Positions 28,723-38,127 of a DNA stretch of 64,000 bases are shown piece after piece. The notes under the pieces were generated by a model. The model did no database searches. It worked only from the letters and a program-made list of their open reading frames with translations, and was not told the DNA's origin. This stretch comes from Candidatus Parcubacteria bacterium (GTDB taxonomy: Bacteria; Patescibacteriota; Saccharimonadia; Saccharimonadales; 2-12-FULL-41-12): contig JAHWKM010000002.1 in assembly GCA_019347895.1 (NCBI GenBank), positions 8,565 through 72,564 of the forward strand. Direction: 5' to 3'. How positions within the stretch are numbered: position 1 is the stretch's first letter; each line of letters starts with the position of its first letter. Position numbers and translations under genes: made by a program.

Positions 28723-29637
28723 TTAGAAGCGGGCAATCAGTTTGGCTACCATTTCAGCGTAGCGGCTGCGAGCTGAGTATAAGAACGAGCTCATGAAGGT
28801 GGCACCGAACAGTATTGGAGCTACCGCGCCTGGGCCGGTATCAGGCAACTTGGCGACAGCTGGCTCTTCTCTTTTTCCTTCCGTAACAACTACGGCTTCT
28901 TTTTTAGGAGTTACAACCTTTACTTCATCGTCAACCTTCTTTTTCTCCTTTTCTTCTACATTGACTGTATTTACATTTACGTTTTTATTCTCATTTGTAT
29001 TAACAATGTTTACGGCAGGAGCTGGCTTCTGCTCAGGCGCGGGTTGTGCTGGCTTTGTAGGAGCTGGAGCCGGGAAACATTCTCCGATGCCGCCGCCGGC
29101 CGCCGTAATCATTCGTTTTTGACCTGTATAAGTGTTTGGCGATCCATGACCGTCGCTAAAGTTACGTATTATATCGCTTTGTTCACCTAATACTAGATCG
29201 ACTTGAAACTTACAGGCCGGTACGCTAACTGTTATTTGAGCGTTGCTTCGCGGCTGGTTGTAATATCTCGTTACCGAGCTAAAATATTTTTGGGCTGAAA
29301 ACGGCATGTTATCCGGAGTATTTGGCGCCTTATAAGAAACAAGGGTGATAGGGATATTCTGTCCGGCGCATTGTCCTGGGAACTTAAAGGTAGCTACGGC
29401 CTGGCTGCCGCTTATAGAAATATTTGCCGGCTGAAAAGCTTCTTTAGTTAAGTTAAGTGTTTTGCCGGTATTAGGGCTGACACATTGTCGCTTAACAGCA
29501 GCATCAGCTGTTTCATTATTGCCGGCGATATTTAATGCCAGTGAAGTAACGAACAGTAAAGCTAGCGATGCATTTAAAGCGCGCATAACGCTTTTTTGCT
29601 GCATTGCGTTTTTGATAGTTGATTTAATAAAACTCAT
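28723..29637 (-). CDS. Cell-surface protein with LPXTG sorting signal
   Basis: N-terminal signal/TM, Pro-rich linker, LPDTG + hydrophobic segment + basic tail; SD aggagg. Confidence 0.85.
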   Translation of the reverse strand: MSFIKSTIKNAMQQKSVMRALNASLALLFVTSLALNIAGNNETADAAVKRQCVSPNTGKTLNLTKEAFQPANISISGSQAVATFKFPGQCAGQNIPITLVSYKAPNTPDNMPFSAQKYFSSVTRYYNQPRSNAQITVSVPACKFQVDLVLGEQSDIIRNFSDGHGSPNTYTGQKRMITAAGGGIGECFPAPAPTKPAQPAPEQKPAPAVNIVNTNENKNVNVNTVNVEEKEKKKVDDEVKVVTPKKEAVVVTEGKREEPAVAKLPDTGPGAVAPILFGATFMSSFLYSARSRYAEMVAKLIARF

Positions 29638-29743
29638 TTTATTCCTCCTAAAATTTAGTTCAAGATTAATCTTAGCATATACTTTACCAAATGTCAAGAC
29701 TAATGCTTATTAATTAATGTACGGATGTTATCATAGCTGGACA

Positions 29744-30955
29744 ATGTCAGCTGTTAAATTTCATATAACTACTAGAAGCGGTAATGCCCGTACAGGGGTA
29801 ATAGCCACGCCCCATGGGCCGATAAAGACCCCGGCCTTTATCCCCGTCAGTACGAAAGCGACAGTAAAAACGCTAGACGTTCATGACCTGCAAAAACTAA
29901 AAGCACCGGCAGTGCTGGCCAATGCATATCATCTGTATTTAAGGCCCGGACCAGAGCTGATAGCCAAATTGGGAGGAGTAGGGGAATTTATGGGCTGGAA
30001 CGGGCCGACCTTCACCGACAGCGGCGGCTTCCAGGTTTTTTCGCTCGGCTTTGGCCTTGAACATGGCGTCGGCAAGGTCGCTAATATCTTTCCCGACGAA
30101 GATTTGCAAGGCCGGGCCTCGCAAACTAGGAAAAGGTTGTTTAATATTGATAAGGACGGAGCTAACTTCGTCTCGCACCTGGACGGCTCAAAACACAGGT
30201 TTACTCCTGAAAACTCAATAGAAATACAGCAAATGCTCGGCGCCGATATCATCTTCGCTTTTGACGAATGTACTTCGCCGCTGCACGGAAAAAAATATAC
30301 TGCCGAGGCAATGGAGCGCACTCATGCCTGGGCAAAAAGATGCCTGCAAGCTTGGACCAACAGAGACAAGCAAGGACTATATGGAATAATCCAGGGCGGC
30401 GCGTATAAGGATTTACGGATAGCTAGCAGCGAATTCATCTGTGCTTTAGATACGCCGGGAATCGCTATCGGCGGCAGTTTGGGTAAGAGTAAAAAAGATA
30501 TGTACGAGATAATGGACTGGACTATACCCGTTTTGCCGGAGGATAAGCCGCGGCATTTACTGGGAATCGGCGAGGTAGAAGACCTTTTCGGTGCCAGCGC
30601 CAGGGGAATCGACACTTTTGACTGCGTGTCGCCGACTAGAAATGCCCGCAACGGCAGCGTATATATAAGGCCGGAAAATGGCGGAACGGCAAAAAATAAA
30701 TATTCTATCAATATCAGGGCTGGAAAATATTCTCAAAATACAGAACCTATTGACCCGGGCTGTAAGTGTTTTACCTGTCAAAATCACAGCCGGGCCTATA
30801 TCCGACACCTATTCGTCAGCGAGGAACTACTAGCCATGCGCCTGGCGACTATCCACAATCTGCACTTCATCTTTACCTTAATGGCTGAAATCCGCCACGC
30901 TATTCAACAAGAGACGTTGCATAATTTAGCCGACAATTGGCAAATAAACCCTTAA
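29744..30955 (+). CDS. tgt: Queuine tRNA-ribosyltransferase
   Basis: ANAYHL, TDSGGFQVFSL, FDEC, GIIQGG, PRHLLGIG, CKCFTC. Confidence 0.97.
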   Translation: MSAVKFHITTRSGNARTGVIATPHGPIKTPAFIPVSTKATVKTLDVHDLQKLKAPAVLANAYHLYLRPGPELIAKLGGVGEFMGWNGPTFTDSGGFQVFSLGFGLEHGVGKVANIFPDEDLQGRASQTRKRLFNIDKDGANFVSHLDGSKHRFTPENSIEIQQMLGADIIFAFDECTSPLHGKKYTAEAMERTHAWAKRCLQAWTNRDKQGLYGIIQGGAYKDLRIASSEFICALDTPGIAIGGSLGKSKKDMYEIMDWTIPVLPEDKPRHLLGIGEVEDLFGASARGIDTFDCVSPTRNARNGSVYIRPENGGTAKNKYSINIRAGKYSQNTEPIDPGCKCFTCQNHSRAYIRHLFVSEELLAMRLATIHNLHFIFTLMAEIRHAIQQETLHNLADNWQINP

Positions 30956-31004
30956 AGGCGGCCGGCTTTGCTGGTTGGCAAGCTAAGCGATGCGGAAGTT
31001 TTGG

Positions 31005-32243
31005 CTAGAGTAAGCTGCTTCGAAGAGCATCAATAGGATCTTTGCGGGCGGCTTTGATTGCCGGCGCCAGACCAAATATTATACCGACTAACACCGATAT
31101 AGTGCAGGCAAATAGTATGATCTGCCAGGAAATAACCGGTTGCAGATTAGTGAGAATCCTTATTCCTAGACTAATCAGGCCGGAAAAAATAACACCGATG
31201 GTTGCGCCCCAAATACTGAGAACCGCAGCTTCTATCATAAATTGAGACAAAATCTGCCGGTCTGTAGCACCTACCGCTTTGCGCAGGCCAATCTCGCGCG
31301 TACGCTCGGTGACGGAAACTAACATAACATTCATAATTCCGATTCCGCCAACAAGCATTGATATGGCAGCGATGCCCGCTATCATGGCCGTTATTAAATC
31401 AATGATATTGTTCGTGACAGCCCGGGTATCATCCGGTTTTAATATCGAAAAATCTTCCTGGCCGGCATGGGCCTCTACCAGCCTGCTGCTTAAATCCTTG
31501 GATACTTCGTCTAGTTTTTCTACGTCGTCAACGCGCGCCAGCACCTCATAAAGCTGCGATGTACCGCCGCTGACGGATTTGGCTATTTCATACGGGATAA
31601 ATATGGCATTGTTAAAATTGATTCCTTGAGACAGCGAAGCAGACTGAAACCTTTCAAATACTCCGTAAACAATAAATTCATGCCCGCGAAAAGTAAAAGA
31701 TTTGCTGATAGGCACATTCTCGTCAAATAATTTTTCGGCAACGTTGCGGCCAATAACAGCGACCTTTTTTTCTGTCTCGGAGTCGTTAAAAAACCGGCCG
31801 AATTCAACCTCCTGTCTTAGCATTGACGGAAGCTCGGGAGTAGTGCCGATAGTGACTGAGTCATTGAATTTCCTATCTTGGTACGAGGGCAGGCCTGTTG
31901 CAAGGTTGAGAGCGGTTGAAGCTTCAATCCCCGGCGTTTCACGCACAATTTTTAAATCGGATTCTGTCAAAATAGCGGTTGTAGATGCCCCGCCCAAAGT
32001 ATTTATTCCAACAATAAACCCTTGCTGGTCCTTATTGAGGGCTTTTCCGGGGCGGATTGTCAGGACGTCATTGCCTAATTTATTGGTCTCCTCGCTGATC
32101 TGACGTTTTACTCCTTCGGCTAAACTGACGCTGGTAATAACGCTAGTAACACCGATTATCACCCCCAGTAAAGTTAAGAAGCTGCGGAGCCGGCTGGATC
32201 GTATGGAGTTGAGGGCCATCTGCAAATTATCAGTTATCATCAT
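31005..32243 (-). CDS. MacB/FtsX-family ABC permease
   Basis: RSFLTLLGVIIG; VGGIGIMNVMLVSVTERTREIGLRKAVGA. Confidence 0.95.
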   Translation of the reverse strand: MMITDNLQMALNSIRSSRLRSFLTLLGVIIGVTSVITSVSLAEGVKRQISEETNKLGNDVLTIRPGKALNKDQQGFIVGINTLGGASTTAILTESDLKIVRETPGIEASTALNLATGLPSYQDRKFNDSVTIGTTPELPSMLRQEVEFGRFFNDSETEKKVAVIGRNVAEKLFDENVPISKSFTFRGHEFIVYGVFERFQSASLSQGINFNNAIFIPYEIAKSVSGGTSQLYEVLARVDDVEKLDEVSKDLSSRLVEAHAGQEDFSILKPDDTRAVTNNIIDLITAMIAGIAAISMLVGGIGIMNVMLVSVTERTREIGLRKAVGATDRQILSQFMIEAAVLSIWGATIGVIFSGLISLGIRILTNLQPVISWQIILFACTISVLVGIIFGLAPAIKAARKDPIDALRSSLL

Positions 32244-33127
32244 GATGATTTAGACCTGCCCTTGGTAGTACCGACAAATTTCTTTTTCCTCGGTTTCCTT
32301 CTTATCTTTTTCTTTTTAGGCTGCAATAAGCCTTCTTTTTCATCGCTTAGTTTCATAGTAGCTGAAACGCTTTGAAGCGTGTCTTCATCTGTATTCTCGC
32401 CCGCGAAAAGATTCGGCTCCCTGGGCGTTTTAGCCAGTTGGCCGACACTTTTTTGGACGTCATATTCTATACTGCCGTCATACATGTAAAGCACGCGGCT
32501 AGCGTACCTGGTAATTTCGGGGTTGTGAGTTACCATCAGCACAGTATTGCCAAGTTTGTGTATTTCGCTCAGCAGCTCCATCACCAAACGGGAAGAAGCG
32601 CTGTCTAAATTGCCGGTCGGCTCGTCAGCGATGATAATGCTTGGCTCATTTATCAGCGCTCTGGCTATGGCAACACGCTGAAGCTGGCCGCCGCTTAATT
32701 GGCTGGGCAGATAATACGCCCGGTCAGCCAGACCTACGCGCTCAAGCATGTTGTGCGCGTGTTTCATCCGCCGGCCGAGCAGCCGGCCCTTATAGGCCAG
32801 GGGCAAAGCCACGTTGTCGATAACTTTTAGCCGGGGAAGCAAGCTGAAAGATTGAAATACAAAACCAATCTTATCCCGGCGGGCTTTTGCCCGGGCGTTG
32901 GACCTTAGCTTTTCAACTGACCGGCCTTCCAGCTGGTAAAGCCCGGCGCTGGGATGATCAAGCAAGCCGATAATATTCAAAAGGGTAGACTTGCCGGAAC
33001 CGCTTGGCCCCATAACAGCCACGAATTCGCCTTTTTGTATTTCAAGCTCCACGTCTTCCAGCGCTACGGTGGTAGCGTCGCCGAAGCCATATAGTTTGCT
33101 GACGTCATGAAGTTTGATAACTGACAT
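32240..33127 (-). CDS. ABC transporter ATP-binding protein (LolD/MacB-like)
   Basis: GPSGSGKST, LSGGQLQRVAIARAL, ADEPTGNLD. Confidence 0.95.
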   Translation of the reverse strand: MSVIKLHDVSKLYGFGDATTVALEDVELEIQKGEFVAVMGPSGSGKSTLLNIIGLLDHPSAGLYQLEGRSVEKLRSNARAKARRDKIGFVFQSFSLLPRLKVIDNVALPLAYKGRLLGRRMKHAHNMLERVGLADRAYYLPSQLSGGQLQRVAIARALINEPSIIIADEPTGNLDSASSRLVMELLSEIHKLGNTVLMVTHNPEITRYASRVLYMYDGSIEYDVQKSVGQLAKTPREPNLFAGENTDEDTLQSVSATMKLSDEKEGLLQPKKKKIRRKPRKKKFVGTTKGRSKSS

Positions 33128-33215
33128 ATATCAGTATATAGTTTACCTTTTTGTTCGGCTAATTCCAAGGTGTTCTTGAATATTTTTTCCGTTATAATAA
33201 TTTTAGCAGATTTAC

Positions 33216-33380
33216 GGAGAGGTGTCCGAGTGGCTGAAGGAGCACGCTTGGAAAGCGTGTATGCGCAGCAATGCGCATCGAGGGTGAGAACTGCCGGTGG
33301 CAGTTCGCAAGGAAATCTTCTCTTGAAAACTTGTTTTCAAAGACGAAGTTTCGGGGTCGCTGTAAGCGACCGAATCCCTT
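33216..33380 (+). pseudogene. Degenerate tRNA-Ser(GGA) with palindromic insertion in the T-loop and no 3' acceptor strand
   Basis: ggagaggtgtccgagtggctgaagga..cacgc-ttggaaa-gcgtg..gagggt[about 85-nt insert]cgaatccctt. Confidence 0.75.
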
Positions 33381-33394
33381 ATTATTAATATGTT

Positions 33395-33484
33395 GGAGGA
33401 GTGGCCGAGTGGTTTAAGGCGCACGCTTGGAAAGCGTGTTGAGGAGCAATTCTCTCGCAGGTTCAAATCCTGTCTCCTCCGCCA
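33395..33484 (+). tRNA. tRNA-Ser(GGA)
   Basis: Acceptor GGAGGAG/CTCCTCC, anticodon loop tt-gga-aa, long variable arm, GTTCAAATC, CCA end. Confidence 0.97.
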
Positions 33485-33533
33485 CGACGAGCACTAAAGA
33501 GAGATCGTGATAGTTTATTAAAGTGAGGAATTT

Positions 33534-34091
33534 GTGAACCTACAGGAGTTGATAGATAAAGGTGAAGAAATTAAGAATGAACGGTATGATTCGCCTGTCG
33601 TGGGAATGTGGAAAAACGATGTGGAGGCTTCCGTTACTACATATGGAGATTCCGTAGTTAAAATCTACAAAAGCGCAGTCCGTTTTGGCGCCATAGCTAG
33701 AGGACCAGGACATGCGCAACAGATGCACATAGAGCGCATCCAAAAAGTCCAGCAACTCCTTGAAGAACTTATGAAGCGAAATCCCTCTGAGACTCAAGCT
33801 CAGTCACGCTTAATAAATCAAAAAAAGGAAGAAGCAAAAGCTTCACTTGAATCAAAGTTTGGTACAGCTACATTTAATGGCCCTGTGACTTTTGGCGATA
33901 ATAGTCCAGCGAACAATATTCAAGTCGGCGAACTTATGCTGGCAATTATCAGTGAAGCAGAAAAAAAGCTTCCTGATGGCCCTGAAAAAGAAGAGATTCT
34001 AGAGAAATTGAAAACCATTGTAGCCAATCCAACTTTTGCAGCACTCGCCGGGGCGTCCTTGCCCGAAATCATTAAGCGGTTATTGGGCTAA
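33534..34091 (+). CDS. Hypothetical protein (tRNA-adjacent islet)
   Basis: 185-aa ORF with SD gagg. Confidence 0.7.
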   Translation: MNLQELIDKGEEIKNERYDSPVVGMWKNDVEASVTTYGDSVVKIYKSAVRFGAIARGPGHAQQMHIERIQKVQQLLEELMKRNPSETQAQSRLINQKKEEAKASLESKFGTATFNGPVTFGDNSPANNIQVGELMLAIISEAEKKLPDGPEKEEILEKLKTIVANPTFAALAGASLPEIIKRLLG

Positions 34092-34102
34092 AAAGTTAGG
34101 AT

Positions 34103-34588
34103 ATGAAGAAAGGCCGAGAAAACCCAAACTTTGACGTAGAAAAGAGACAAAATAGTCTTTTTGACGCGTCTGTCCGCAATACGTTATTAGCAAACGAATC
34201 CATAACATTAGTACAAAATTCGATGCTCGCTTTAGGATTGGCTGAACTTGCTTTCTTAGGTGTAATTCTTATTGATAATGATAGGAGAGGCTTCTTTGTA
34301 AAGTTATTGATACTGCTTTTGATAGCTAGTTTTGTTTTGTTCTTACTTGGTCAGATCCGCCAATATAAACACCAACTAATAACAGCAAGAAGCTTCGAAG
34401 CAAAAGCAAATAAAGCACTTGAGTATTTAGCCAAAGGGAACCAGTATCTAGATCACGAACCAGAAGAAATATCTACAAAAAAGCAGCAGATAGTGTCTGA
34501 TAAAATTGCTAATATTTTTATATTTTCTAGCCTTATAGTTATTCTGTTGGTTACAGCAGGAACCGTATGGCTGGTAATAACAATATAG
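34103..34588 (+). CDS. Hypothetical membrane protein (about 3 TM)
   Basis: 161-aa ORF, hydrophobic segments. Confidence 0.7.
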   Translation: MKKGRENPNFDVEKRQNSLFDASVRNTLLANESITLVQNSMLALGLAELAFLGVILIDNDRRGFFVKLLILLLIASFVLFLLGQIRQYKHQLITARSFEAKANKALEYLAKGNQYLDHEPEEISTKKQQIVSDKIANIFIFSSLIVILLVTAGTVWLVITI

Positions 34589-34685
34589 TTTAAGTGATTC
34601 CTGACCCATATGACCAGCCAAATTAGAATCAAAGCCACAAGCTTATAACCTCTCCTGCAGCTTACAGTAGAGATGATAAAACTCC

Positions 34686-35411
34686 TTATCTGTGAGGTTT
34701 TTCAAACCCGAAGCGCTCGCCGGATTGCCATTTTTCTAGCTGGTTGCCATGGGCGGGAATTCCGCCATTACTTTTGAGCATCTTGGCCATGTGCATCAAA
34801 TTCCAGGCCATGAAGGTAGTATTGCGATTGGTGAAATCATTATCTATGCCAGCCCGCGAGCCATTATCCAGTTTGTCTCCATAGCTGGGGCCGGGACCGG
34901 CTTCGCCAATCCAGCCGGCATCAGCTTGCGGCGGAATTACATAACCTAGATGCTGCAAGCTGTACAGGACATTCATCGCGCAGTGCTTGATTCCGTCTTC
35001 GTTGCCGGTTATTATGCAACCGCCAACCCGTCCGTAATAAGCATATTGGCCTTCGTTATTTAAAACCGCAGAGTTTGCATAAAGCCTCTCAATGACTTTC
35101 TTCATGATCGAACTGTTATCTCCTAGCCAGATCGGTCCGCAAAGTACTAAAATATCAGCTGGCTTAACTTTATTCTCAAAAATTTCCGGCCATTCATCAC
35201 TTTCCCAACCGTGTTGGCGCATATCCGGCTGAACACCGAAAGCTATATCATGGTCGACGGCGCGTATTAAATCTACCTTAACGCCTTGGTTTTTCATTAT
35301 ATTCATACTGATATTAGCTAGAATTTGCGTACTACTAGTTTCGGGAGATTTTTTGAGCGTGCAATTAATAAAAAGGGCTCTTAAATCCTCAAAGTCATAT
35401 TTTTCCGCCAT
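34686..35411 (-). CDS. Flavodoxin family / NADPH-dependent FMN reductase (WrbA-like)
   Basis: INCTLKKSP, PIWLGD, GNEDGIKH, GEAGPGPSY. Confidence 0.88.
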   Translation of the reverse strand: MAEKYDFEDLRALFINCTLKKSPETSSTQILANISMNIMKNQGVKVDLIRAVDHDIAFGVQPDMRQHGWESDEWPEIFENKVKPADILVLCGPIWLGDNSSIMKKVIERLYANSAVLNNEGQYAYYGRVGGCIITGNEDGIKHCAMNVLYSLQHLGYVIPPQADAGWIGEAGPGPSYGDKLDNGSRAGIDNDFTNRNTTFMAWNLMHMAKMLKSNGGIPAHGNQLEKWQSGERFGFEKPHR

Positions 35412-35496
35412 ACTATCCTCCTGCTTTGGTTATATTATACTTCTTTAAAATTTGATTATACTCTTTAAAAAATGTTTTAAATATACCCAGCAGACC

Positions 35497-35548
35497 AAAA
35501 ACAGTACCACTTTTGTGTCCGGCCGGACAATATTGTGGTACTGTTTTG
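35497..35548. repeat. TGTCCGGCCGGACA palindrome copy 3
   Basis: aaaacagtaccac..tgtccggccggaca..gtggtactgtttt. Confidence 0.75.
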
Positions 35549-35612
35549 GGCTTAGGGTGATGGAATGCTAGTTTATTGTTATAATAAGTTGTAATTTATA
35601 GGAGTAACTCTA

Positions 35613-36266
35613 ATGAGGGTATTTAATTTTAGTGCCGGCCCTGCAGTATTGCCGGAGCCGGTCTTGAAACAAGCCGCCGAAGAGATGCTGGACTGGCGTG
35701 GGCATGGTATGAACGTGATGGAAATGAGCCATCGTTCAAAAGAATTTATCGATATTGCCGCTGAAGCCGAAGCGGATCTGCGCGAGCTGATGGATATTCC
35801 GCTTAATTACCGGGTGCTTTTTTTGCAGGGCGGAGCTACCGGGCAATTCGCGGCCATTCCGATGAATATCACAAAGCCCGGCGATAAGGCAGACTACGCC
35901 ATCACCGGAAACTGGAGCAAAAAGGCCACGCAAGAAGCCAAAAAATATTTGGAAGTCAACGTAGCGGTAAAGACTGACGCGCATACTCACATCCCTAAAT
36001 TTGAAGATTGGGAATTTAGCAAGGACGCAAAATATGTCCACATTACGCCTAATGAAACTATTCATGGTGTAGCCTACAATCAATATCCAAACACAGGCGA
36101 CGTTCCGTTAATAGGCGACGTAAGTTCCATGATTCTTAGCCAGCCGATTGACGTCAGCAAATTTGCCGTACTCTACGCCGGCGCCCAAAAAAATATTGGA
36201 CCGGCCGGAATAACAGTCGTGATTATCCGGGAGGACTTGCTGGGACAAGCCCGCGAAGACACGCCG
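35613..36266 (+). pseudogene. serC: Phosphoserine aminotransferase, 3'-truncated
   Basis: FNFSAGPAVLP, MEMSHRS, FLQGGA, NETIHG, AGAQKNIGPAG; similarity stops at LLGQAREDTP, then unrelated read-through to 36440. Confidence 0.85.
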
Positions 36267-36526
36267 ATAGAGCGTACTGTATCGACTGGCGGGTCAAGAT
36301 TAACTGTTTGGTCAATTCTTCTTGCTTCCTGCGCCTGCCGTTTACTTGCATTCGCAGCCAAATCTGTGGCTTGGGTGCCCACCTCACGCGCACACGCTCT
36401 GACCCGTCCTAGAATGTCACCGTATACTTCATCGCGATGAGATCGTCTTATTTTTTCCATTTGCATAATATATATTATGCAAATGCCTGTAATCTGTAAA
36501 ATACACTACTGAAAGATAAAAAATAA

Positions 36527-37234
36527 CTAGCTAATCTTGGTACCGACGGGTTGGCCGCTTACGGCAGCCACGATATTGCCTTCTTTAAGCGCGTCAAAAA
36601 TAAGTATGGGGATTTCGTGCTCCATTGCCAGTGCCATGGCCGCCTTGTCCATGACTTTGATCGCCGGATTTTCGACTGCCTGCTGGTAAGTGAGGGAATC
36701 GTATTTTTTGGCATCAGGATTACTGGCAGGATCTTTATCATAAACTCCGTCAACTTTAGTCGCCTTAAGAACAATATTGCAGTCCAATTCCAGCGCCAGA
36801 TTAACTGCCGCAGTATCAGTGGTGACATAAGGGCGCCCAGTTCCGCCGGCCAGGATGCAGACGCGGTTTTTTTGCAAGTGCTTGTTAGCTAGACGGTGAA
36901 CAAATTTTTCGGCTACCTGGTCGGCAAAAATATTGCTCAGGCATCTGGTGGGTACGTTATTGTGCTCAAAGATATCAGTAATCGCCAAAGCATTTATCAT
37001 TGTTGCCAGCATACCCATGTGGTCGGCAGTGACACGATGGATCCCGCCGCCGGCTATCTGGGCGCCGCGGACCAAGTTGCCGCCGCCAACCATGATGACA
37101 ATTTGCTGTCCGTTGTCGACGATCTTTTTAACTTCCCGGGCCAGCCAGGTGGCGTGCTCGGTATCAAACCCGCTGTCATGCTTGCCAGTTAGCTGCTCGC
37201 CTGAAATTTTGAGAAGTACTCGTTTGTAAGCCAT
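36527..37234 (-). CDS. pyrH: UMP kinase
   Basis: KRVLLKISGE, GGGN, DHMGMLAT, TTDTAA, KVDGVYDKDP. Confidence 0.97.
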   Translation of the reverse strand: MAYKRVLLKISGEQLTGKHDSGFDTEHATWLAREVKKIVDNGQQIVIMVGGGNLVRGAQIAGGGIHRVTADHMGMLATMINALAITDIFEHNNVPTRCLSNIFADQVAEKFVHRLANKHLQKNRVCILAGGTGRPYVTTDTAAVNLALELDCNIVLKATKVDGVYDKDPASNPDAKKYDSLTYQQAVENPAIKVMDKAAMALAMEHEIPILIFDALKEGNIVAAVSGQPVGTKIS

Positions 37235-37277
37235 TGAAACATAGTTTATCAGAAAACTTCGGTGTTACAATATTGAT

Positions 37278-38078
37278 ATGAAGATTTATTCGTGGAACGT
37301 TAACGGAATCCGCGCCGTACATAAGAAAAATTTATTTCTGCCCTTCATAGAGAAACATCGTCCAGACGTATTGTGTTTGCAAGAAACCAAGGCCCAGCAA
37401 GATCAAAGCGAAGTTGTCTTGCCTGACTATAAAGAATATTGGTATTCGGCTGAGAAGCCAGGTTATTCAGGCACCTCTATTTTCACCAAAGAAAACCCAA
37501 TCAGCATCGTAAATGGTTTCCCGAAAGATATTATTGAAAAATTTCAGGTAAGCGGGGACATATACGGCGACCCAAACAAAGAGGGAAGGGTTATTGCCGC
37601 AGAGTTTGCTAAGTTCTTCGTAGTGACAGTTTATACGCCCAATGCTAAAGATGATTTGTCGCGTGTATCCCTTCGGCACAAGCAATGGGACCCGGCGTTT
37701 TTGGCTTACGTCAAACAGCTGGAAAAGAAAAAACCGGTTATTTTTACCGGTGATTTAAATGTCGCCCATACAGAAGATGATTTAGCCCGGCCAAAACCAA
37801 ATAAAGGCAAAAAAGGCTTTACCGAAGAAGAGCGAGAAGGCTTCCAGAATTTTATCAACGCCGGATTTGTAGATACATTCAGGATTTTTACCAAAGGCAA
37901 CGGCCACTACACCTGGTGGACGCATTTTGCCAATGCCCGCGCCCGAAATGTCGGCTGGCGCATAGATTACATGCTTGTCAGCAAAAGCTTAAAAAACAAG
38001 GTTAAAAGCGCAAAGATTCACGCCGACGTCATGGGCTCAGACCACTGCCCAGTCAGTATCGAACTTGATTCGATATAG
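37278..38078 (+). CDS. xth: Exodeoxyribonuclease III
   Basis: SWNVNGIRA, LQETK, GDLNVAH, GWRIDY, GSDHCP. Confidence 0.97.
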   Translation: MKIYSWNVNGIRAVHKKNLFLPFIEKHRPDVLCLQETKAQQDQSEVVLPDYKEYWYSAEKPGYSGTSIFTKENPISIVNGFPKDIIEKFQVSGDIYGDPNKEGRVIAAEFAKFFVVTVYTPNAKDDLSRVSLRHKQWDPAFLAYVKQLEKKKPVIFTGDLNVAHTEDDLARPKPNKGKKGFTEEEREGFQNFINAGFVDTFRIFTKGNGHYTWWTHFANARARNVGWRIDYMLVSKSLKNKVKSAKIHADVMGSDHCPVSIELDSI

Positions 38079-38127
38079 CAGCATGTAGCAACAGAAAACA
38101 GTAAAAACAGTAGGCTAGAACGAACCA

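Noticed and set aside
33170..33466. ORFs over tRNA-Ser (and 46942-47139 over tRNA-Leu)
   Set aside because: Shadow ORFs over tRNA genes.
36267..36440. Novel SerC C-terminal domain
   Set aside because: Read-through into the antisense strand of another ORF after a junction.
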